From: Candidatus Saccharimonadota bacterium
GTDB taxonomy: Bacteria; Patescibacteriota; Gracilibacteria; UBA4473
Assembly: GCA_030429505.1 (NCBI GenBank)
Contig: JAUIFI010000001.1
Coordinates: 780,001 to 812,000 of the forward strand
Reading direction: 5' to 3'
Length of the DNA: 32,000 nucleotides
Translations under genes and position numbers: made by a program
Notes under the pieces: generated by a model
Databases searched by the model: none
What the model saw: the letters and a program-made list of their open reading frames with translations, nothing else
Told to the model about the DNA's origin: nothing
Shown: piece by piece, positions 17,201 to 25,756 of the stretch
Layout of the letters: each line of letters starts with the position of its first letter
Numbering within the stretch: position 1 is the stretch's first letter

Positions 17201-17459
17201 AGTTATATTTTTCTATATTCTCAAGATTCTTGATCTCTTTCTCGATCTTATTCGTAATCAATTGTTCCACATCCCCCGGACTCGCTCCAGGCCATACCGT
17301 CGTAATTGTTGCCGCAGGAATATCAATAGTCGGCGTTGTCTCACGCGGAATATCCCGAAAAGCCGTCACACCATAGATCAAAATCAACAAAGTAAACATC
17401 AAGGTCACCTTGAAACGATCTAGCATTAACGTCCACAGCTTCGACAAATGTTCTTTCAT
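14238..17459 (-). CDS. RND family efflux transporter, inner-membrane permease (AcrB/HAE-type)
   Basis: 1073 aa. It has the typical 12-TM, two-large-loop architecture, an N-terminus ..FRDIPRETTPTIDIPAATITTVWPGASPGDVEQLITNKIE, and a duplicated transmembrane half. Confidence 0.92.
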   Translation of the reverse strand: MKEHLSKLWTLMLDRFKVTLMFTLLILIYGVTAFRDIPRETTPTIDIPAATITTVWPGASPGDVEQLITNKIEKEIKNLENIEKYNSVSMSGVSVVSVEFDIESDKLENMQKLREKIDQAEKELPDTIVDDPDINEVSVSDIPIISLTLSGDFSWSELKQFSEILEDDLKGIPKVKDVLVNGAPETEVHILLDPIKLEAQRIGVNEVISAIRSAHRDLPLGQVTVDGQEIEVTVRGELETAAEFMDVPVRTSNGIILRLGDFAQIRREFDTFEVETFFSTKDASRPAVSIDVIKSGAKGNVITMVGEVLGRVEALKLSGLLPQSLNVDTTYSRADDINESLGTLTGSGKQTLILIAIVMLLAIGWRESVLAALAIPLSLLIGIIVLFLRGDTFNGVSLFSLVLSVGLLVDNAIIIVEGLSTGIHEKRMSPRQAAVYTLKTFRWPIITGTLTTLFAFLPMLFFITGVSGQYVRVIPITVMAGLTGALLVSLFLLPSLGVRFFSFIPPKKQREAKFLRAFQFWYGEKMRVILSSLKKVWMVLGLSAVVFLFSISLLVTKKVPVEVFPSSDQVLFTAKAELPEGTELSETKKLIDPIEGVLRRYFEPQENGDVFLKNFIFTVGKSSDAVRQPGESGQAEENVLGITLNLTDKDSRQMKSYEIVPLLRKELEKVIPPFAEFEFSELVAGPPTGAPVEVRLIGQNLERLERLIDQVKAGVESLTIKHGGQTIQPAKNVRDSRSERVTQLTWQFDRDILARFGLTPSAVLETLRASVNGVTAIQLTEGDDEIDVDVRIDWEGDRAWDNPTSLEYVDRIPMKTPSGNFVTLQQVADASLSSELSKIDHRDGVRVMYVRADLERGITASQLESDLQAILDDLDTVPGEMVEIGGESEEGNRLIREMSGAMLAALFLIFLVLVWQFNSYVQPFVILALIPLSLTGVFIGFWILGLPLSFPTMIGIVSLAGIIVNDAIVLIDRINHQHSDGGGRKSEVEGYIEAGKERMQPIFLTSVTTVVGMLPLSLSDEVWGGLGFAVVFGMVLSTVLTLLLIPCFLMVFSSMRRGIARLCKWCGKVVKNE

Positions 17460-17474
17460 AAGTATTAAGAATAT

Positions 17475-19133
17475 TTAGTTTGAAGTAAGCTCAATTTTTT
17501 CTCCTGCATGCGCGCGATTACGAAACTGAATCACTTGCTGTCCATCGAGAAGTCCATCCAGTATTTCCACGCTATCAGACATAATTTTTCCAAACGAAAC
17601 TTTTTGTCGACGAGCAATATTTTCATCATCCACAATCAAAACCTCAGCTCCACCAGGTTCAAAAGATAGACTACTAATTGGCAACAAATTCGTATGACCA
17701 TTGCGAAGTGGTACCAAAATCTTGGCAAAACTTCCCACCAAAACACCCTTCGGAAAATCATTAAAACTGAATTCTGCTCGTATTTTTTGAGTTTCAGGAT
17801 CAACCTTAAAGCTTAGATAAGACTTTGAAACACCAATCATTTCATCATTCGCCAGTCGAATGCGAACAGTCTCCGCCGTCAAAAGACGATCAAGCTCTTC
17901 AGTCGTGACAAATCCCACGATCTTTGGCGTCACACTTTCTGAAACCAGAGAAAAAAGCTTCTGACCAACTGTCGTTTGATCAAAGTTTGATACGTTTTTT
18001 TCCGTAATAACTCCATCAAAAGGAGCCTTTACCTCCAAATCCAAGCGAGAAACTCGTGCAGACGAAACCTTATTTTCCGCTGTCGCCACTTGAGCATCAG
18101 CCGTAGATCGAGCTAATTCCAAAGAAGCCTGCGAATTTTCAACCTTATTAAGAGCCGTTATCAAAGACAATTTATTTGTTTCTTCCTGTGATTTTAGTGA
18201 TTCAATCTTAGTCTCTAGATTGGTAATCTGAGTTGCCAAACTCGCCAAAAAAGACTCCGATTGAGTCTGCAAAGCCGAACGATCACTTTCTGAAAACGTA
18301 GATGAAAAGTTACTTCGACGAATCATACTATCAACATCTCGAATAATTCGTTGAATCTCAAAGAGCATTCCTAAGCGAGTTTCCCCAAAAACTATATACG
18401 TCTGATTATCAGCTTGAAAGTCATCAAATTCGACTAAATTTTCAGTCCTATACACAATATTTTCTAAATCATTTTTCGTAGCTCGACGCTGAATTCTATC
18501 ATTCAATCCCACATTCACATTCGTACGAGTCACTCGAGATCGAAATCGCTCAGACCCTCCCATAGTACTATCCGCCCAATTAAGCGCATTAAAAAATACC
18601 GTCTCTGCATTCTGCGCCTCGATCAGTAGCGCATCGCGAGCTTTACTCAAACTCTGGTTATTCGAGAGCTCCGTCTGACGCAACTCTCGCTCAGCAGTAT
18701 CGAGAGAAATTTCTGAAGATCGCACAGAATTCTCCGAAGACAACTTCGTGGTCTGCAAATCCCTCAATGAATTTTCATAATCCACAAAATTCTTGTCATC
18801 AAAAGCTCTAAATCGAGCAAGGATCTGTCCTTTTGTCACTCGACTTCCCAAAGAAACAAAAACATTCTCAATCGTCCCAGCATTTTCAGCCACGATATCG
18901 ACATCTCCACTCGAAGCCACTGTCGCCAAGACTTCTCGAGAACTCTCCGGCTGCCATGAACCAAAGACCACTACTGGCAACTCTTTGACCCTAGTCTCCA
19001 CCTCCACCTCCTCTATTACTTCTTCTTTTCCAGAGGGAAAAAGGGTAAAGATCACAAGCAAAGCCAAAACCAGTAAAATACTGTTACGAACCGTCAGATA
19101 TTTTTTAAAACGAGAAAGCGAATTTTTTGTCAT
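17475..19133 (-). CDS. RND/HlyD-family periplasmic adaptor (membrane fusion protein) with a long coiled-coil
   Basis: 552 aa from the ATG at 19133. N-terminal TM anchor, lipoyl-like motifs (GQILARF ... VKAPFDGVITEKNV) and an alpha-helical hairpin of about 250 aa. It ends 15 nt before the RND start. Confidence 0.85.
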   Translation of the reverse strand: MTKNSLSRFKKYLTVRNSILLVLALLVIFTLFPSGKEEVIEEVEVETRVKELPVVVFGSWQPESSREVLATVASSGDVDIVAENAGTIENVFVSLGSRVTKGQILARFRAFDDKNFVDYENSLRDLQTTKLSSENSVRSSEISLDTAERELRQTELSNNQSLSKARDALLIEAQNAETVFFNALNWADSTMGGSERFRSRVTRTNVNVGLNDRIQRRATKNDLENIVYRTENLVEFDDFQADNQTYIVFGETRLGMLFEIQRIIRDVDSMIRRSNFSSTFSESDRSALQTQSESFLASLATQITNLETKIESLKSQEETNKLSLITALNKVENSQASLELARSTADAQVATAENKVSSARVSRLDLEVKAPFDGVITEKNVSNFDQTTVGQKLFSLVSESVTPKIVGFVTTEELDRLLTAETVRIRLANDEMIGVSKSYLSFKVDPETQKIRAEFSFNDFPKGVLVGSFAKILVPLRNGHTNLLPISSLSFEPGGAEVLIVDDENIARRQKVSFGKIMSDSVEILDGLLDGQQVIQFRNRAHAGEKIELTSN

Positions 19134-19153
19134 GACACTATGATAATCGAACA

Positions 19154-19182
19154 ATTATACACTTTTTGGAGTTTATTGGCAA
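19154..19182 (-). promoter_or_regulatory. Putative promoter of the adaptor-RND-repeat protein operon
   Basis: On the minus strand: TTGCCA (19182..19177), 17 nt, TATAAT (19159..19154). The leader to the ATG at 19133 is about 13 nt, which argues against the TTG start at 19154. Confidence 0.5.
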
Positions 19183-19254
19183 ATAAAAATAAGTCAAAAG
19201 AAATGTCAATAAAGACATGAACACACTTATCAAACATCGTTATATTCAAATCCC

Positions 19255-20616
19255 CTAACAGAGAAGAGCATCTAAATCATTCTGCAAGTCAGATATCTTC
19301 ACTTTTCGCTGTTGACCATCTCTCATATCTTTTCTTTGTACCTCATCTCCATTTTTCACTTCATCTTCACCAATCACCACACACACCGGAATTCCTAATT
19401 TATTCGCATAGTCAAACTGCTTCCCAACCTTTTTATTTTCCAAATAATTCTCCGTCTTGTACCCAAAGCCTCTTATCTTTGTACCAATCTCAAGCGCCTG
19501 AGACAAAACATCACTACTCATGGCAATCACTAACACATCAGTCGGCGAACTTCGGTCTGTTTTAACAATACCGGCATCGAAAAGCTGTGCCAAAAGCCTC
19601 GTTAAACCAATCGAAATCCCCACCCCTGGCAATTTTTTCCCCGTAAAAATCTCCGCCAAATCATCATACCGCCCTCCAGAACAAATCGAGCCCAGAGACG
19701 TATTAATATCTCCTTTTTCATTCAATAAATTCGTCTCATAGACCGTCCCCGTATAATAATCCAAACCTCGAGCAATAGCTAAATCCACCTGACATTGCTC
19801 ATTAGAAATATCCATAGACCGAAGCCCATCCACCACCATCTTGAGCGAACGCACACCTTCTTCATATTCTTCGCCAGAAACATGTTCTTCAAGCTGCGCA
19901 AGAATATCATCATTCCTTCCTGATATTTTCGTAAAATCAACAATCGCCTTGACCTGCGCATTAGTCAAACCATCCTTCGTTAAAGCCTCTGTCACCTTTT
20001 TCAAACCAATTTTTTCCAGATCATCAATATGATCCAAAGTAGATTTAATTTTCCCAGCATCAACACCAAGCGATCGAAAAAGCCCTGTTAAAATCTTCCG
20101 ATTATTGATCCGCACTTTAAACTTTCCAATGTTTAACCGCTCAAAAATCTGAACAATAATCGCCACCATCTGCGCATCATTAAGCAAAGAAACCTCTCCC
20201 GAACCAATCACATCGATATCACATTGAGTAAACTGACGATATCGCCCCTTTTGTGCTCGCTCACCTCGAAAAACCGGACCAATCGAATACCGCTTAAACG
20301 GAAACGCAATGTCATTCAAATGCCGCGCCACATACAACGCCAAAGGTACTGTATGATCAAACCGCAACGCATTTCCGGAATGAGATGTATCACCATCTTC
20401 ATCCAATAATCGTTTCAAGACATATACTTCTTTGGGATCACCTCCCTTGGCTACCAGATTTTCCTCACGCTCTACCATAGGAGTTGTAATCGGCATAAAC
20501 CCATTCGCTTCAAAAACCTCCGTAATAACACGAATCCAATCCTGCTGAACTCGTTCTTGCGCCGGCGTCCACTCTGGAAAACCAGACGGACAAGAAACAT
20601 TATATTTGTGAGACAT
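19255..20616 (-). CDS. hisS: Histidyl-tRNA synthetase
   Basis: 453 aa from the ATG at 20616. Class II motifs FRGERAQKGRYRQFTQCD and GGRYDDL. Confidence 0.92.
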   Translation of the reverse strand: MSHKYNVSCPSGFPEWTPAQERVQQDWIRVITEVFEANGFMPITTPMVEREENLVAKGGDPKEVYVLKRLLDEDGDTSHSGNALRFDHTVPLALYVARHLNDIAFPFKRYSIGPVFRGERAQKGRYRQFTQCDIDVIGSGEVSLLNDAQMVAIIVQIFERLNIGKFKVRINNRKILTGLFRSLGVDAGKIKSTLDHIDDLEKIGLKKVTEALTKDGLTNAQVKAIVDFTKISGRNDDILAQLEEHVSGEEYEEGVRSLKMVVDGLRSMDISNEQCQVDLAIARGLDYYTGTVYETNLLNEKGDINTSLGSICSGGRYDDLAEIFTGKKLPGVGISIGLTRLLAQLFDAGIVKTDRSSPTDVLVIAMSSDVLSQALEIGTKIRGFGYKTENYLENKKVGKQFDYANKLGIPVCVVIGEDEVKNGDEVQRKDMRDGQQRKVKISDLQNDLDALLC

Positions 20617-20682
20617 CACAAAGATTGTAAGCAAAAAAGAGAAAAATACCACCGCTCAGACATATAATCTCCAATTCTATTG

Positions 20683-20750
20683 TGTCATCCTGAATTTATT
20701 TCAGGATCTCTCTACAAAAAACAAGATTCCGAAACAAGTTCGGAATGACA
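20683..20750. repeat. Paired-hairpin palindromic element, short form (copy C)
   Basis: Left unit: TGTC-ATCCTGAA-tttat-TTCAGGAT-C (20683..20708). A 16-nt spacer follows. Right unit: G-ATTCCGAA-acaag-TTCGGAAT-GACA (20725..20750). It lies 17 nt after the ATPase A stop and 66 nt before the hisS start. Confidence 0.75.
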
Positions 20751-20767
20751 ATAAAGAGAAAGAATGT

Positions 20768-22531
20768 TTACAAAGCTCCCACCTCTTTTCGCACCTCAGC
20801 TCGCAACGATTCAAAAGGAGCAATATCATCATCTTTGAGCTCAATATCCTTCACTCGAGCGATCTTCTGTAGAGAAGGCAAACCTTCAACTTTTGAGAAA
20901 TCAAAATCATCTCGATCAGCCAATTTCAAGCCTTCTTCATACAAAGTCAAAATAGTCTTAATCATCTGATACTGTTTGAGCGCAGGAGTATAAGCATCAT
21001 CAGGATCAAACGAGTCCTGATACAAGTAATCCTCACGCAGAGACTTCGCCGTCAAAAGTACGAGCTTTTCTCGAACCGACAAAGCATCCGCTCCCACCAA
21101 ACGCACAATCTCATCCAGTTTCGCTTCTTCAGTCAAAAGCGATAACGCCTTATTACGCAATTCCCAATAATCAGACGATACATTATCCTTCATATACTTC
21201 TCCAAATTCGGAGTATAAAGTGAGTAACTTTTGAGCCAATTAATCGCCGGGAAATGACGTTGATAAGCTAAGTTCTTATCCAACCCCCAATACGTTTTCG
21301 TAACCCGAAGCGTATTTTGCGAGACCGGTTCAGACAAATCTCCTCCCGGAGGCGATACCGCTCCAATCACAGTTAGTGAGCCTTGCCGGTCATCAGAACC
21401 CAAACAATCCACAGCCCCTGCCCGCTCATAAAACTCAGCTGTTTTTGAACCCAAGTAAGCCGGATAACCTTCTTCGCCTGGCATTTCCTCAAGACGCCCT
21501 GACATCTCACGCATAGCCTCTGCCCATCGAGACGTAGAATCAGCCATCAAAGCCACATGATATCCCATGTCACGATAATATTCAGCAATCGTAATACCCG
21601 TATAAACAGACGCTTCACGAGCCGCCACCGGCATATTTGAAGTATTCGCAATCATCACCGTCCGACGCATCAAAGGTTCATTCGTATTCGGATCAATCAA
21701 ATGAGGAAACTCACTCAAAACCTCCGTCATCTCATTTCCACGCTCTCCACAACCGATATACACAATCACCTGCGCATCACAGTACTTCGCCAAAGTTTGT
21801 TGTGTAACCGTCTTTCCCGAACCAAACGGACCTGGGATACAACCAGCTCCTCCCTTAACAAGGGGGAAAAACATGTCAATTGAACGACATCCAGTTCGAA
21901 GGGGAGTTTCTGGGACTCTTTTATTTTGAACCTTTCGAGAATTTCGAATCGGCCAAAATTGACGCATTTCAATATCTTGTTTTTTTCCCTTCACATCCAA
22001 AACCGCCACTGTATCAGTAACCGTAAATTCTCCACTTTTGATAGATACCACCTTAGCTTCACGAACACCGACCGGCACCATAATTTTATGAAGAATAAGA
22101 GACGTTTCCTGTACTTCTCCCAAAACATCTCCCTCATTTACTGTATCTCCATCACGAGCCACCGGCTGAAATTTCCACTTTCGATCATGATCCAGACCAT
22201 CTGCATCAATCCCTCGAGCCAAAAAATGCCCTGATTTGTCTTCCAAAATCTTCAAAGGCCGTTGAATCCCATCATAAATCGTCTCAAGGAGTCCTGGACC
22301 AAGTTCCACAGACAAAGTCTGACCAGTCAGCTCCACAGGTTCCCCTGGACCAATCCCTGCCGTCTCTTCATAAACCTGAATAGAGGCAAAACCACTCTCC
22401 AAGCGAATCACTTCCCCTACCAGACCCTCTTCTCCCACACGCACCACCTCATACATTTTAGCCTGATGCATATTTTCAGCCACCACTAGCGGTCCTGAAA
22501 CTTTCACAATAACCGGATCTTTACCACTCAT
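20768..22531 (-). CDS. atpA: V/A-type ATP synthase catalytic subunit A
   Basis: 587 aa from the ATG at 22531. A-subunit Walker [10 protein letters not shown], the A-specific non-homologous insert, and an N-terminus [29 protein letters not shown]....IQVYEET.G..PGEPV. Confidence 0.9.
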   Translation of the reverse strand: MSGKDPVIVKVSGPLVVAENMHQAKMYEVVRVGEEGLVGEVIRLESGFASIQVYEETAGIGPGEPVELTGQTLSVELGPGLLETIYDGIQRPLKILEDKSGHFLARGIDADGLDHDRKWKFQPVARDGDTVNEGDVLGEVQETSLILHKIMVPVGVREAKVVSIKSGEFTVTDTVAVLDVKGKKQDIEMRQFWPIRNSRKVQNKRVPETPLRTGCRSIDMFFPLVKGGAGCIPGPFGSGKTVTQQTLAKYCDAQVIVYIGCGERGNEMTEVLSEFPHLIDPNTNEPLMRRTVMIANTSNMPVAAREASVYTGITIAEYYRDMGYHVALMADSTSRWAEAMREMSGRLEEMPGEEGYPAYLGSKTAEFYERAGAVDCLGSDDRQGSLTVIGAVSPPGGDLSEPVSQNTLRVTKTYWGLDKNLAYQRHFPAINWLKSYSLYTPNLEKYMKDNVSSDYWELRNKALSLLTEEAKLDEIVRLVGADALSVREKLVLLTAKSLREDYLYQDSFDPDDAYTPALKQYQMIKTILTLYEEGLKLADRDDFDFSKVEGLPSLQKIARVKDIELKDDDIAPFESLRAEVRKEVGAL

Positions 22532-22669
22532 AAAAAAAAGATGAAGAATCAATCCAGAGCATTCTCATGAAAAAGCTCCGAATGTCAATGCTTTTTTAAA
22601 AATAATCTTTCTACTTTTCTCCCATATCTCAATCAATACTTAATTGTTAATTCGTAATTATTAATTGTC

Positions 22670-23227
22670 CTATGCTTTTCCTAAAGTCTTCTCTCCTTCC
22701 TCCCAACTCGTCGGACAGAGGTCTCCCGTCTGAAAAGCTTTCAAAGTTCGAAGAAGTTCTTTGGGATTTCGCCCTACTGGCAAATTATTCACCGTCATCG
22801 ACTGAAGCACTCCATCAGGATCAATCAAAAATGATCCTCGCAGACTCATGCCATCCTCATGCAACACATTATAGAGAAAAGAAATCTCCTTTGTCAGATC
22901 AGATACCAAAGGAAATGCAATATTCCCAATTTCTTTATTTTGCTGAGCCCAAGCTTGATGAGAATAAACTGAATCAATCGACACACCCAAAATCTGACAG
23001 TTATGCTTTTCAAATTGATCCTGCATCCTTCCCAACTCAATCAACTCTGTCGGACACACAAACGTAAAATCAAGCGGATAAAAGAAAAGAAGTACCCATT
23101 TTCCCCGATAATCAGACAAAGCCACCTTTCCATCTACAGACTTATCCATATACGCCGGTGCTTCAAAATCCGGAGCTGGACACCCGATCGCGAGTTCATC
23201 AATCTGTTCTGGTACTTGTTCTGACAT
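22670..23227 (-). CDS. Peroxiredoxin (typical 2-Cys, AhpC/TSA family)
   Basis: 185 aa. Peroxidatic Cys motif DFTFVCPTE. A resolving Cys lies near the C-terminus (GDLCPTSW). Confidence 0.92.
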   Translation of the reverse strand: MSEQVPEQIDELAIGCPAPDFEAPAYMDKSVDGKVALSDYRGKWVLLFFYPLDFTFVCPTELIELGRMQDQFEKHNCQILGVSIDSVYSHQAWAQQNKEIGNIAFPLVSDLTKEISFLYNVLHEDGMSLRGSFLIDPDGVLQSMTVNNLPVGRNPKELLRTLKAFQTGDLCPTSWEEGEKTLGKA

Positions 23228-23256
23228 AAGAAAAAAAGAGTTAAAAAATCACCCAC

Positions 23257-23284
23257 ATTGTGAGAAAAACAAAGCGATTGTCAA
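23257..23284 (-). promoter_or_regulatory. Putative peroxiredoxin promoter
   Basis: On the minus strand: TTGACA (23284..23279), 16 nt, CACAAT (23262..23257). Leader about 23 nt. Confidence 0.4.
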
Positions 23285-23312
23285 TGATTTCTATTCTCCT
23301 GTTTCACCTTGC

Positions 23313-23468
23313 CGTCATCCTGAACTTGATTCAGGATCCAACCAAGAGAATGTATTTGAAATGCAGAACGAAGTGAAAACCCAACACAAGTTATTCACTT
23401 TGCTCTTGGATCTCGATATAAAATTATCGCTAGACCCCGCAACAAGTGCGGGGTGACACAAAAAACTA
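23313..23468. repeat. Paired-hairpin palindromic element, long form (copy D1)
   Basis: Left unit: CGTC-ATCCTGAA-cttga-TTCAGGAT-C (23313..23338). Right unit: G-ACCCCGCA-acaag-TGCGGGGT-GACA (23443..23468). The core is homologous to copy A and has extra internal inverted repeats (CCAAGAG..CTCTTGG, AAGTGAA..TTCACTT). Confidence 0.7.
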
Positions 23469-23480
23469 ACTGTCATCCTG

Positions 23481-23561
23481 ATCCCGCAAAGCGGGAGAAG
23501 GATCTCATACTTTTACCAAACAAAAAGAAGATTCTTCATCGCTCCGCTCTTCAGAATGACA
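23481..23561. repeat. Paired-hairpin palindromic element, variant short form (copy D2)
   Basis: Left unit: TGTC-ATCC-tgat-CCCGC-aaa-GCGGG-agaa-GGAT-C (23481..23514). Right unit is degenerate: GATTCTTCATCGCTCCGCTCTTCAGAATGACA (23530..23561). Confidence 0.6.
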
Positions 23562-23571
23562 AAAAATTAAT

Positions 23572-23599
23572 TTGACAAATTAATAAAAATATGTATAAA
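23572..23599 (+). promoter_or_regulatory. Putative promoter for the 23789 ORF and its long leader
   Basis: TTGACA (23572..23577), 16 nt, TATAAA (23594..23599). It starts 10 nt after repeat copy D2. Confidence 0.45.
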
Positions 23600-23698
23600 A
23601 ATATTGTCTACCCCATAGCTCTCCAATTCACATCAAAGTGACAAGGACAGCCTGAAAAGACAAACGATCCCGTTCTTGATACATTTCGATTAGTCACA

Positions 23699-23765
23699 TT
23701 CCAATGGAACACTCGATAGATTGACTCCAGTCTCTCGATACTTCCATTGGAAATTGTTGTTTATT
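23699..23765 (+). promoter_or_regulatory. Leader hairpin followed by a U-rich tract (attenuator-like)
   Basis: TTCCAATGGAA (23699..23709) pairs perfectly (11 bp) with TTCCATTGGAA (23742..23752). AATTGTTGTTTATT follows. It lies inside an approximately 190-nt 5' leader. Confidence 0.35.
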
Positions 23766-23788
23766 CAAAAACATAAAGGAAGCGAATC

Positions 23789-24253
23789 ATGAAAACATTA
23801 AAAGCATTAAGCACTTTGTTCATTAACATGCTCCGCAAGCACAAAGAAACGACTGTAATCGTTGCTATCGGATTAATATTGATCACAATGACAGGCGTCG
23901 GCGCATTTACAAGCAATGAACCGCATCAGATATATGCACAGGTAGGAGAAGATCTATACAGCTGCTACCTTGTAGACAACAAGGTAGTAAGGAAGGATCT
24001 TGTATCGATTATGAAAAAAGAGCCAAGCTTCATTCACCAGTACGAATCAATGCTAAAGAGGGAGCGTAATACATACGGAAACTCTACGCCAGCATTGGGT
24101 CTTCGCACAATGGTAAGTTCAGAAACAATCACGTTTGAATTCTATCCTCAAGGATTCGAACAGGGCGCATACAAATACACAGCTCCGCTATACGAATTCT
24201 ACATTGACGGCAAAAAATGCGCCTTATTTAGACCAATCGAGCTGGACTATTAG
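23789..24253 (+). CDS. Hypothetical membrane-anchored protein (154 aa)
   Basis: ATG is preceded by AAGGAAG at ideal spacing. One N-terminal TM helix (TTVIVAIGLILITMTGVGAF). No recognisable domain. Codon choice looks different from the neighbours by eye. Confidence 0.6.
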   Translation: MKTLKALSTLFINMLRKHKETTVIVAIGLILITMTGVGAFTSNEPHQIYAQVGEDLYSCYLVDNKVVRKDLVSIMKKEPSFIHQYESMLKRERNTYGNSTPALGLRTMVSSETITFEFYPQGFEQGAYKYTAPLYEFYIDGKKCALFRPIELDY

Positions 24254-24317
24254 CAATAAGCCAGGGATCATTACAAAACGAAAGTAACTGCAAAGCCAAT
24301 TTCGTTGCCAAAATACA

Positions 24318-24347
24318 AAGTCCGCCCCTCATGGGACGGACTTTTTT
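24318..24347 (+). terminator. Rho-independent terminator after the 23789 ORF
   Basis: AAGTCCGCCC-ctcat-GGGaCGGACTT followed by TTTTT. Confidence 0.6.
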
Positions 24348-24365
24348 CCTCATACCTCAAAAAAC

Positions 24366-24393
24366 TTGACACCCCAAAAACAATCACTACACT
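24366..24393 (+). promoter_or_regulatory. Putative tuf promoter
   Basis: TTGACA (24366..24371), 16 nt, TACACT (24388..24393). The leader of about 25 nt is AT-rich and has no SD motif. Confidence 0.5.
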
Positions 24394-24424
24394 CCCGAAG
24401 CTATTATTTTTAATATTTATTAAC

Positions 24425-25612
24425 ATGGCAGATAAATTTGACCGCAGTAAGCCACATGTAAATGTAGGAACCATTGGTCACGTCGATCACGGAAAAACTA
24501 CATTAACGGCTGCCATCACCGCCACACTAGCCGCTCAGCTCCCATCAAGCGTCAACAAACAAGTTGCATTTGATCAAATCGATAACGCTCCCGAAGAAAA
24601 AGCACGAGGAATTACTATCGCTACCTCTCATCAAGAATACGAAACCGAAAAAAGACATTACGCTCACGTGGACTGTCCAGGACATGCCGACTACGTCAAA
24701 AACATGATTACTGGTGCCGCTCAAATGGACGGAGCCATCCTCGTTGTAGCTGCTACTGACGGACCAATGCCACAAACCAAAGAACACATTCTTCTTGCTC
24801 GCCAAGTAGGAGTAGAAAATATTGTCGTATTCTTGAACAAATGCGACATGGTTGATGACGAAGAAATGATCGATCTCGTCAAAATGGAAGTCACCGAAGA
24901 ACTCGAAAAACGAGGTTACAAAGACTGTCCAATTATTACTGGTTCAGCACTAAAAGCTCTCGAAGATCCAAAAGGAGACTGGGGAAATAAAATCATGGAA
25001 CTCATGAAAGCTTTGGATGAACATATTCCCGAGCCAAAACGAGATATCGACAAAAGCTTCCTGATGTCAGTAGAAGACGTTTTCTCTATCAAAGGACGAG
25101 GGACCGTCGCCACTGGACGAATCGAACAAGGAATCGTCAAAGTCGGTGAAGAAGTCGAAATTGTAGGAATTAAAGCCACCAGCAAAACTACCGTTACTGG
25201 AGTCGAAATGTTCAAAAAACTTCTCGATGAAGGACGAGCTGGAGATAACGTCGGACTTCTTTTGCGAGGAATCGAGCGAGAAGATATTGAACGAGGACAA
25301 GTTCTTGCAAAACCAGGAACAATCACTCCTCATACAGAAGTAGAAGCAGAAGTTTACATCCTCAAAAAAGAAGAAGGAGGACGACACACTCCATTCTTCA
25401 AAGGATACAAACCTCAATTCTTCATTCGAACCACTGACGTTACTGGAGAAATCATTCTCCCTGATGGCGTAGAAATGGTCATGCCAGGCGACAACGCAAA
25501 ATTCAAAGTCACCTTGATCAACCCAATCGCCCTCAACGACGGAACCCGCTTCGCCATCCGAGAAGGAGGACGAACAGTCGGTGCCGGAGTAGTTACCAAG
25601 ATTTTGAAGTAA
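24425..25612 (+). CDS. tuf: Elongation factor Tu
   Basis: 395 aa from the ATG at 24425 ([27 protein letters not shown]...). G motifs [13 protein letters not shown] and NKCD. The upstream extension in the track (from 24305) is rejected. Confidence 0.97.
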   Translation: MADKFDRSKPHVNVGTIGHVDHGKTTLTAAITATLAAQLPSSVNKQVAFDQIDNAPEEKARGITIATSHQEYETEKRHYAHVDCPGHADYVKNMITGAAQMDGAILVVAATDGPMPQTKEHILLARQVGVENIVVFLNKCDMVDDEEMIDLVKMEVTEELEKRGYKDCPIITGSALKALEDPKGDWGNKIMELMKALDEHIPEPKRDIDKSFLMSVEDVFSIKGRGTVATGRIEQGIVKVGEEVEIVGIKATSKTTVTGVEMFKKLLDEGRAGDNVGLLLRGIEREDIERGQVLAKPGTITPHTEVEAEVYILKKEEGGRHTPFFKGYKPQFFIRTTDVTGEIILPDGVEMVMPGDNAKFKVTLINPIALNDGTRFAIREGGRTVGAGVVTKILK

Positions 25613-25642
25613 AGAACCACGTATTTGCACTAAATTTAAAAG

Positions 25643-25669
25643 ACCGTAGCGAAGGCTATGGTTTTTTTA
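25643..25669 (+). terminator. Rho-independent terminator of tuf
   Basis: ACCGTAGC-gaag-GCTATGGT (8 bp including one G-U pair) followed by TTTTTTT. Confidence 0.7.
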
Positions 25670-25756
25670 TACATATTTGTGAAGAAGAGTCTCCTTGAAA
25701 AATAATCATTAAAAACATCGATAATTTTGACAACACCACACCAAAAGAGTAAAAGG

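Noticed and set aside
19128-19137. TGTCATGACA palindrome at the adaptor start codon, looking like an 'empty site' of the repeat family (flanks joined without hairpins)
   Set aside because: It is only 10 bp and includes the ATG and first codons of a CDS. Coincidence is the simpler explanation.
22647-22659. 13-mer TTAATTCGTAATT shared with 26115..26127, both just downstream of minus-strand stop codons
   Set aside because: A single 13-nt match in 32 kb of AT-rich sequence is expected by chance, and there is no flanking similarity or structure.
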